A program made the translations under genes and the position numbers. Below, one piece after another: positions 41,906 through 52,200 of a stretch of 64,000 nt of DNA (position 1 is its first letter; each line of letters opens with the position of its first letter). The notes under the pieces were generated by a model. The model ran no database searches and had not been told where the DNA came from. It saw only the letters and a list, made by a program, of their open reading frames with translations. Origin of the DNA: Tubulanus polymorphus (taxonomy: Eukaryota > Animalia > Nemertea). The stretch is from the NCBI RefSeq assembly GCF_964204645.1, contig NC_134027.1, forward strand, positions 13,114,485 through 13,178,484, written 5' to 3'.

Positions 41906-43483
41906 ATGTGCATATACAATTAAATGATGAAATATAGCTGCATAGCAGCGATAACGAGTTTCTGCCTAATTGGTTCATATGTCGAACTGGGAAGCGTATG
42001 AAGATTTCATCGAAATAATTCTAGCCCATAACATATGACTATTGCCAAGAAGCGCAACCTGGGTCCACATTATGCTGGATATGTGGATATTAGGAGTCCA
42101 TTTGTCAAAGCATCGAAGCAATACAGTCCAACTTGTTTATGCACGAAGGTACGAGTAAAGGTAAATGCGACCATGTCGAACGTTTCGACGTTGCGCGTCT
42201 CTATTGGTTAAATTGATTGTTGCGCTCAAAATAGCTTCGCGACTGAGCGCGCGTGTAGAATGAATACGGAACGGCACCCGGACTAATGTCACGTTTTAAG
42301 GTATATAATATTTGGGATTCGAACCGAAACATATCTAAAATGAAAATTTACGTATTTTAGCGTTTAGCTATGTTCCAGTTTTCTCAACTTTCGCCATATT
42401 AATTTCCCAGGGCGGCGCTGAATATCAGGAAGTAATTCTTTCATTTTGCCGGTTTTGGGCCTCCGAAATCTCAAGGTTTTGTAAGAATTTAAGGTAGAAT
42501 AGACAGTTCAGTCATCCAAATACCCAATAGTATTAAGACCCATCTAAAAACGAATCGAATGATACCTTATATATCTATATGGCATTGGAAATAAGTGAGA
42601 TATTCCCAGTTTCTCATCCTACTTCAAAACTAATTTTATGAGCTAGCGTTTTTACTAGGCACTTGCACAAGTCGCAACAATCGAGCGACCCGCGGTAAAA
42701 AAATCATTCCCAACAATATCGCTGATTTTTTTACAGTCTCTGGAGACTTACAATTCAAAATCACACTGAAATCGCGTTTTTCAACGTAAATCTACAAGAT
42801 TTTGTATGCGCATGCGCGTAATTACAATTTTGCACACGGTTCTTGAATTTTTTGGATACGACGAAAATTGACAAATCGGCAACAATTTCGGTAAAAAGGT
42901 GATCGTTTCATGTCTTTATTTCATATAAAAGGAGTGCCAAGACGCTTTTGAGAATAGTCCAGACGCAAAATTTGACTTGTTTTTAGTCAAAAACATCGTT
43001 TTGAACTCAATCAAGTTTTATGAAGGCCGCCATCATCGATGTCTCAAGAGAGGAAGCCAATATGGCAGCTCTTCACGTAAATTTCGTCAGTTTTGACGAT
43101 CAAATTTCTCGATAAGAAAAATGATTTAAGCATTCATTCTTATTCTTTATCGGTATATGACTAAGGGGTAGTTATCTATAGGCCTAATTGATGTCTCATT
43201 TGTGTATTTTCATGTTAGTAAACATATTTTTTCGCTTGGAATTTTGTTTACTAAGCGGCTGCTCACGCATAATTAGTTCACGTGATCACAAAGCGATGCC
43301 CTGATTGGTTCTCTACAATAACATAAGCAGGTGGCTAAACACATGTCAATGTTTACATGCTTTCTTCTGTCAAAATAGTAGGGATTTGAACTTATATTTC
43401 ACATTGTGTTAATTTTGTTGTGACACAAGCATGTCCACTGTAATTTTAATATCTCATTCTTTGAAACATCTCAACGGTCATCA

Positions 43484-44145
43484 TTGACAGAAAATCTCTC
43501 TGGGTCTCAGTTATCAGAAGGCCTAGCCGCAGATTTTTTCCAATCATCAGGACTTATTTCCACGCCATTGTCTACGTCGACACCATCTAAGCGATTGTTA
43601 AACCATGATGTGTACTCACCATCACCGAAAAAGTTAAGAGCTGATTGTTCGAGTTGTTGTCATCGCCGAGGAGCTGTTAAAAAGATATGTTAATCGAACC
43701 GAAATTACCGGAGAACATTATCAGAATTAAGTCGATTACATCATTTACTGCCACCAAAGCTCAATTAGTTCAAGCTGTGAATCGTAAGACTGAAATAGAG
43801 AAGAAATTGAGATCGAAAATTCGTGTATTAGATTCAAAGATGCACATACAGGAAATGACGATTAAATCTTTGCGAAATAAACTGGAAGGTGAAAGTCTTT
43901 ATGCGGAGATTAAGAAATTAAAAAATCGAATTCCTAAAAACAAGTGTGAAGCAAAAAAACATATTTCTGGGTTAGAAAAAAATATAGTCGAAATAGAACG
44001 GCATAATGCAGCGCTAAAGACACAGCTTGCTTCATTGCAAACAGCGTTTTGTGACTTAACCATGCAATTTGAAGATGCCAAAATGGATAGGAGTGCCGAT
44101 GATTATTCAATTAATGTGAAAAATTTGTATATTTGTTTAACATGA
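43484..44145 (+). other. Frameshifted coiled-coil ORF, probably from a nested unclassified DNA transposon
   Basis: Overlapping ORFs 43484-43693 and 43687-44145; NLS-like SPSPKKLR and heptad pattern. Confidence 0.3.
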
Positions 44146-45298
44146 TATTGACATTTGTTATTTTCAGGTAGATGGCAAGTAGCGCGCATTTGGTTCTGAT
44201 GGTACCCATGGAATTCAGCAGTTGGCATTCCATATCATATCAATACATTTTACAAATTAATAACCGCAATTGCTCAAATAGCTTGTAGCATTCAGACCTT
44301 CTTTGTCTCGTTGTTTTAGGTTGGAAATAAAAGATTGATGTACTTTCAATTTGCTTCTTCTTCTGACTGCGATATACATTACCACGTCTACAGCTCATTG
44401 AACCCGGGTTTCAAAGTACGCGGGTTCATCTAAACCCAACGTTCGCAGGGCTGCATCTACACTTAATTTAGCTCCAGTAACTGAATCCACATCTGTAGTT
44501 TTACGTGAACATAAGTTCAATTCTCAGGTTACATAACTCCTTTTTCAAAAACCTAGCTTTTTGCATTCAACCCGTGTTTCGAGCTTTTAGTGTAGACGCA
44601 TAACCATGGTATAAGATGCTAGTGTAGACGAAGCGTCTCTTATTTTTTTCTGTTAGAAGGAATTAATATGAATTCACGACTTCAGGAATATGCATAAGAA
44701 AAAGCTCTTTTATATGTTTAGATTTAATCAAACATCAAAGTGAAAAGATGGAAACAAGTAAAATCTTGACAATCCCCAGTTTAAAGATTCAACTTCATAT
44801 CCTTGTACTTGATATCTGCATCACCTAAAGAAAATTAGTCAAATAGATTCATATTTTGTTGAAAGAAATTCTACTGAACACAGATTTTGAAATGAATTAT
44901 GTGCCGATTGATCCAGACGAAATAATTACAGCTAAATCAACTGACGATCAACAAGGTGGAGTTTTCATTTACCATTTCCGCGCTAGGACCTGGTTTGCCT
45001 TGTATTGGTCCCATAACCGGTAAACATAATAAGTGCCAAGTGTGGTAAAATTTACAAATTCAAAGTGCTCTATGCTATTGACCATGGCCGTATCAATTCC
45101 GCAAACCTACTTCAACCGAAAGTCAAAGACCCGGGGCTAGTACGAGAGACGAGAGAAATTTGATATGTAATTTACAACGCGTCGCGTGTATTAATTCAAT
45201 TAGGTTAATTTCTGACATTATCCATTAAGAGGCGGGGCTAACCTGCCAATCATTGAGTACGTCGTGGAAACAATAACAACTTTGACAATTGTACCCTC

Positions 45299-45700
45299 TC
45301 ACTGACTAATATATCTATTTGACTTACCAACAACGGTAAACGACGCTATTTCTAGAGTTTCGGTTTCTGGAATCCCATGAAAGCTGGGGTTGGTTTCATT
45401 CATTTCCATTAGTAGCCTGGTTTGTTCGGTCATTTCCTGAACAGGCGGCCCATCTCCAGTCTTGACGAGGCTCTTCTCCGCAAACAGATGTTTTTTTCGC
45501 TGATGCCCGATCGTTTTTAACTTCATTCTAATCTCCATACCGTCCCAGACGCGTTGCTTTCTTGCATTTGTTACTGTTGGGCTAAATTTCACGAACAAAA
45601 CATGTTCATTTTCGCGTACTAACTGCGTGACCATCAATGACTCACTTGATGAAAAGTTCTTGTTGCGCGAGCTTTTCTTCTCGACGGCTTGAAATTTCAT
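45299..45700 (-). pseudogene. Myb/SANT-like DNA-binding protein (Harbinger accessory), internally deleted
   Basis: RNKNFSSSE..LV.ENEHVLF.K..TNARKQRVW..KTGDGP. Confidence 0.7.
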
Positions 45701-46375
45701 TTTTTACTTTGAACAATAGTGCACGGTGACGTCACAAAATTGTTTTAAGACGCTCTTAAATCGATTTTGTTAATTTTTTTTTGGATAAAGACTTTAGTGA
45801 AACTCGTTTTAAATCGAGTTAACTAAATCGTGTTAACGGGTCTAAATCGATTTAAGAATTTAAATGCCTCACTTGGGAATTTAAACATAGCGGCTCTTAT
45901 CTGCCGTAAATTCTGCTGAGTATAAACAGTATTAAAATCATTGTATACGAGTAAGGAAGGATTGGAAATTTCAACAAGCATTATGCTAAACAACAACAAG
46001 AGTAGAAATAAATGGCCAATTATAATTGGTTTACCTTTGTCGGCAGTATTCGGTTGGCTTTGAGCCAATTCATGTAAAATCGCGGTACGTTTTTTCATGT
46101 GAACATTTTTTTTTCATTGGTTCTCGGGTTAAACGACGCATAATATAATCGATGCGATTGAAGACATAACAAACCTCCGTCGATGACGTGGTCAACTTTG
46201 TTTAAATTCGACGAAAAACTGTTTTTGGCAGGATAATTCTTAGATTTTGCGTATAAAATTGCAATGACCTCGATTAGGGGGGCGTCGTCTCTACGAGCAA
46301 ATGAATTGGCTGTTTTTGGGATATACGGGGAATTCCGGGGGCCGACTCTTTTATCACGTCCGGATTGATATCCTG

Positions 46376-48162
46376 AGGCGCATTTGTTTGAAACCGGTTT
46401 GCACAAACCGTTTCGGTTTGTAGGAAAATCGCATTTGTTCATAACGGTTTGCAAACCGGTTTTCATAAACCGTCGTCTTTGTTCACGCGTAAACCTAAAC
46501 GGTTTGCGTAAACCGACCAAACCGTTCGCCGAGCGGTTTGCAAGACCAAACCGACTTTTCCAACATGGCGGTCCCCTTTGATTTGGTAATCGCTGATAAG
46601 AAAATATCCACCATAGCTGACTCTATGGACGCTTATAAATGGATCAGAGACAGTAAGATTAAATAGTTTTATGCACGGAATATATATAATTCGTAAAATT
46701 ATTTCTAATGGCGATTGTATGTGCTGTAATTCGCTCCATTGCATGCAATTCTATCTAAATTCAAAGTTAATTTATTGATAATGCTCATTAAACATCCTTA
46801 TTTCAGATTCACCTGCTGTCATTGAACAAATTAAATCTGATAATGACTTAGCTGCATTACCTCCTGATGAAAAAATTCACATAAGGGTTCCTGACGATAT
46901 TTTGCCTGGTAATGGTAAGTGTTAAGTATGTTTAGAGTTCTTTAAGATGTAGTATAGTAGGCCTATCTATGATGTGAGTAAAATAGTACCCAGTCAGTAG
47001 ACTACTTTACTCCCAGTCCTGGCACTAATGCTATTGATTGCCATATGAATACCGGTATCATATGTTTAATCGTCGTGAAAATGAGAAGTTTGAAATATTT
47101 TGTATAAAGCATTGCGTTTTATGTTACATAGGACATATGTGATGAAAATAGATATGAATGCTCGACATAGTCATAGATCCTTTGTTAATTTGTTTCCTTT
47201 TTTCCAGTTCACAAGAGACCAATTCAAACAGAAAATAATGTACGTGTAGCTAATACGGATGAAATTACTGGTAACAGGCAAACAGTAAAACAACTGTGAA
47301 AAGTATTGATAGTGGTAAGTCTTTAATATATCAAATAGGCTACAGTTAGTATCCTTTCCTTTACTAAGTCATGTTTATTGATCTTTGAATATTATAGCTA
47401 TATTTTATGATTTTTGTTATAGGGGACATCTTTCATTGGTCATCCGTGCTTTATCAATATTTTTAGCCCATTATTAGTCTTGCTAAGAAAAACAGAATAT
47501 GCCTAAATTTGTTATTTTTTTCCTGAACAATATCATATTAAATTTTTTTATTTTCAGACAAACAACAAATGCCTGATAATGCTGTTAAGCTTATCATTCA
47601 CCTTCGTACAGAAATGGATGAGGACTTTAGTAAAATGGGGAAGAAGAAGCGTCCACTTTGGGAAAAAATTGCTGAAAAATTGAAAGAAGAAGGTTATATA
47701 TATACTTGGGAGCAGATTAAAGCTAAATGGAACAATTTGGTTCATATGTACAAACAAACCTGTGATAAAAACAATCAAACTGGGAACTCCCCTGCAACGT
47801 GTAAATTTTTCGAAGAGTTGGACAATATCCTAGGCTCCAAGCCCAACACCCGTCCTGATTTCACTGTCTCAGCATTTGAAAATCTCAACAATAATGATAT
47901 TGAAGAGAGTGACATTAGTACTAGTGATGATCCTTCAGATTTATTCCCCCAGAACCCCCCAAAGCGCAAAAGGCCAAATAAACGGACGCAGGAGTTACAT
48001 GATATTTTGGCGGATTATGAAAAAGTAAGGCGAGAAGAACACCTAGAAATTATGACTGAGATGAAAAAGGAACATGAACAGTTTTTGAAACTAGAAAATG
48101 ATAGAACTGAAATCGAGAAGGAAAAAGTCCAGGTGCTCAAAGAATTATTTAAAAAGTTGTAG
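46376..48162 (+). mobile_element. Third Harbinger remnant (one end plus Myb gene)
   Basis: AGGCGCATTTGTTT resembles the TIR at 29916; subterminal AAACCG repeats. Confidence 0.65.
47569..48162 (+). CDS. Myb/SANT trihelix DNA-binding protein (last exon)
   Basis: LWEKIAEKL..YTWEQIKAKWNNL..CKFFEELD; preceded by a polypyrimidine-CAG acceptor. Confidence 0.8.
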   Translation: MPDNAVKLIIHLRTEMDEDFSKMGKKKRPLWEKIAEKLKEEGYIYTWEQIKAKWNNLVHMYKQTCDKNNQTGNSPATCKFFEELDNILGSKPNTRPDFTVSAFENLNNNDIEESDISTSDDPSDLFPQNPPKRKRPNKRTQELHDILADYEKVRREEHLEIMTEMKKEHEQFLKLENDRTEIEKEKVQVLKELFKKL

Positions 48163-48180
48163 GATAAACAGTCGAGTTAA

Positions 48181-48384
48181 GGCTAAAGAAAATGATACCT
48201 TGTTTCTCCTAATCAGCCGGGTAATTTTTTATATTGCAATAAAATTTGTAATCAGTTTTCATTTTTATAACTGCCGGGTCCGATCATGGTATAATAATAG
48301 TATTGTACAGGGTAGATAGGCATCTGGCTGGGTCAACTTTTTAGCTCAGCAAAGAGGAGAAACAAAATATCAAATTCTTTAGCC
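48181..48384. mobile_element. MITE (Zator- or Harbinger-type ends)
   Basis: ~30-bp TIRs GGCTAAAGAAAATGATACCTTGTTTCTCCT / AGGAGAAACAAAATATCAAATTCTTTAGCC; flanked by TAA/TAG; a related end lies at ~38975-39005. Confidence 0.7.
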
Positions 48385-48759
48385 TAGGATTGGTGTATTT
48401 AGTTTTGAAGTGATTTCTTTTACATTTTTCTACGAGTGTTCAGTAATTGGTCAAATCTTACCTAGAAGCTCAAGTGATATAGTATCTAGTAGATTTTACT
48501 AATGCATACATGATATTGTATAATGAAGATCTCAGGAAATTAACAAGTTTTGTTGTTCTGTTAATCACTGTCAAGATGGCGGTATAAGAGAGCATTTAAG
48601 ACATTTGGGGCTCACATCTATAATTTTTAAGTTTTTGTTTATAATAAACGATTTTATTTAAGTTTTATATCAGATGTTTTTATTATTTCCTTCAACATTT
48701 TGTGTTTTTCTGTAAGGAGAGCCTCATGTGTTGGATGTCGACATCAAATTGAAATATTT

Positions 48760-48980
48760 TGGTTATCTTAACATTGTACGGACCTTGGTTTCCCAAGATT
48801 AACCCTATTGGATTGTTCATTTAACCTCACGACGGGACCACAGCCTTTGAAGAGTCACCCGCACACTGTAAGCAGCCCCAGCAGGACTCATACCCACTTG
48901 TCACTCGACTCATACCCACTTGTCACTCGGCACTTATAGTACACCAGCATTACGCCTTATTCAAGTCAGCTACCAAGGCC
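48760..48980 (-). mobile_element. Possible tRNA-derived SINE
   Basis: Minus-strand head GGCCTTGGTAGCTGACTTG (A-box-like) and GGTATGAGTCC (degenerate B-box); internal 22-bp duplication. Confidence 0.4.
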
Positions 48981-49247
48981 GCGCTCTTGTTCACCAATTT
49001 ATCATTCCTCTTGTCCTCAAGTCAAATCAAATAGGAATCTCTGGTTGAAAATAGAATGCATCATAGAATAAAAACTAACCATTAAATTTTATTTCTAAGA
49101 GATTTATTAAACCAATTTCTGGGACAAATCTAATAACAAAACCACATGTTGAGTGACTGGTTAGTAATTAGAAAAGTGGGGTTTCAGGCCAGAGTACGAG
49201 AGTACTAGACACCACTCATCACCACAAGTAATTTTTTTTCCTTATAA

Positions 49248-52200
49248 ATGGGGGAGAATGAACACCAACTAGAAAACAATAATATCAATAAAAATCAATA
49301 TTATTGTCAATATTGTAAAAAATACATCGATAAATCTAATAAATCTAAACATGAAAAATCTTCAAATCATATAAAAAATGTAATAGATTTTGAAACTCCA
49401 GAAAATTCTAATGAAAGAAAAGAACGATTAGAAAATATGAATGTGGATGAAATAAAATGTGAAGTTTGTAATGAATTTATAGTAAAAAGGAATTATAATA
49501 GACATCTCGAATCACAAAAACATTATAAAAATTTAAATAAAAATGTTTTAGGATTAGAATATTTTGATAATAAACCTCAACAAGTAAAAGAATCAACTTC
49601 AAAAACTAAATCCATTTCAAATAAACCTTACATGGAAAATGTTAGAAATTATATTGATTCACTAGAAATAAAAGATACAATTGAAATCTTAGAAACATTA
49701 CATAGTAAAATTGGTCCTGCAGCTATTATATTTAGATTTTTTAAAGGTACAACAATAGAAGATTATAGTAAATTTAATGAAATAATAGAAAAAATACTAG
49801 ATTTGATAACAGATGTTGAATATCCAAAAATTAGTATCTCTGGGAAAGTAAGTTTTATAAAGTCAGAAGAAAAAATGGATTATAATATTCAAACACTCTC
49901 TGAAGAAATAATTTCAAAAACACAAATAAAAGAGAAGTTAGAAAAAATATTAAATGAATTTAAACGTCATATTGAAGAAAGATATTTTGAGGGTTCTGGT
50001 TTAACATTGAATGAAATTATATATTTAGATTTAAATGTTTATAATACAAAAAGAAATAAAACATCAAAAAGTAATAAAATGTTTAAAAATGATTCAAACT
50101 TTATAACAGAAAAAGATATGAAAGCATCAAGTTATATCAAATTACCATTTATAACAAAAGCAGTAATAAATATTCAAAATGAAGATAATAAATGTTTTCT
50201 ATGGTCAATTATTAGTTGCTTACATCCAACAGAAGAACATGTTTATAGAATAACAGATTACCGGAAATATGAAACATTATATAAAATTGATCAATATCCA
50301 GTAACTATAAAAATGATTCCTAAAATAGAAAAAGTTAATAATTTAAAAATAAATGTATTTGAATTAATGCAATTACCAAAGACAAAAGGTGAAAATATTA
50401 AAGATTATACATTGGAAGCTTTATATTTAACAGAATATTATGATGATGAAAATGCTATAGATTTGTTATATTACAAAAAAGATGAAAATGAACATTATAT
50501 GTGGTTAAAACAAATTGATTTATTCTTTAGAACAACAGAAAGTGATCATCATCGTAAAATTTATCTTTGTAGAAAATGTTTATCTAAATTTATGACTGAG
50601 AATACATTATTAAAACATAAAGAATTATGTGATAATAAAGATTTTTGTAAATTAATAATGCCAACAGAAAAAGATTATAAATTGAAATTTACAAATCATA
50701 AATTTAAAAATATTGTTCCATTTGTAATTTATGGGGATTTTGAATCGTTGAATAAAGAATTAACTGATCAAGATAGAAAAGAAATATATAACAAAAAGCA
50801 ATTATTAAAATCAATGGATAAAGGAAATGAATTAAATGAAGACACAATACAAGACCCACCAATTATAAATACAATTAAAAAAGTTCATCAAAGAGCTGCT
50901 GCTTATGGAATTTATATAAAATCAAATTATCCCGAATTATATGAAAGTCAATATATTTCTTTTAGAGGTGAAAATGTAGTTAATGATTTTTGTGATAAAA
51001 TGATTGAATTAGAAAGTGATTTTGCAAAATTATTAAACAAAAATAAAAGAATAGTTATAACAAAAGAAGATGAAATTGATTTTAATTACGCAACTCATTG
51101 TTGTTACTGTGAAAAACGTTTTTATTCATTTGATAAAAAAGTTAGAGATCATGATCATTTAAATTCAAAATATCGTGGAGCTGCTCATGAAGATTGCAAT
51201 TTACAAGCTAAAAAAGTAAATTTCGTACCAACATTATTTCATAATTTATCAGGATATGATACCCATCTATTTATAAAACAATTATCGGGAAAATTGGGTG
51301 CAATTAATCAAGAAATAGAAGAATATAATGCTATGAATGAAGCAAATGTAAGAAAATATGATTTTAAACTATTAGCTAAAACATCTGTAAATTATATTTC
51401 ATTTCAATTTGGTTGCATTAGATTTTTAGATTCTTATAGATTTCTAGCAAGTTCATTAGATAATTTATCAAAAAGTTTAGTTGATAATGATTTTGTTATA
51501 ACTCGATATTATTATCCAAATGAACAAGATTTTAAATTATTGAGATATAAAGGTGCAATTCCTTATTCATTTTATAAAACACATGATGATTTTAATGTAA
51601 TAGAATTATTAAAAGATCAATTTTATGATCAATTAAAAGAGGAGTATGTGAAAGACGAAGTTTTTAATAGAACATTAAATATTTGGAACCATTTTAATAT
51701 GAAAAATCATGGTGAATTAGTTGATTTATATTTAAAATCAGATGTTATGATATTGGCAGATATATTTGAAAAGTTTAGAGAAGTTAATCTAAACCATTTT
51801 AATGTTGACCCTTGTTATTGTTATTCAAGTCCTGGTTTAACCTGGCAATGTGGTTTAAAATATACAAATGTAGAATTAGATTTATTAAAAGAACCAGATA
51901 TGGTTTTATTATTTGAAAAATCAATTAGAGGTGGAATTAGTGGTGTTATGGGAGATAGGTATTTTAAAGCAAATGATGAATATAAATTATTATATATTGA
52001 CGCTAATAATTTATATGGTTGGGCAATGATGCAACCTCAACCATATAAAAATTTTATATTAACAGAAGTTGAAAATGATGATAAAACTGATTGGGAAAGC
52101 GCAATTACGAGTTTAAAAGATGAAGCGCCAATTGGTTATTTCTTCGTTGTAGATTTGGAATATCCCGAAAATATAAAGTTTAAAACAAGAAACTTGCCAT

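Larger units (their letters stand above)
41187..45870. mobile_element. Second, decayed Harbinger element with nested insertions
   Basis: Starts GGCCCGGTTTCACAAA; subterminal TTAAATCGATTT repeats at both ends; transposase fragment at left and Myb gene at right; right TIR not found. Confidence 0.65.

Noticed and set aside
46095-46744. Overlapping ORFs on both strands
   Set aside because: They span the AAACCG subterminal repeats of a Harbinger end; no protein motifs.
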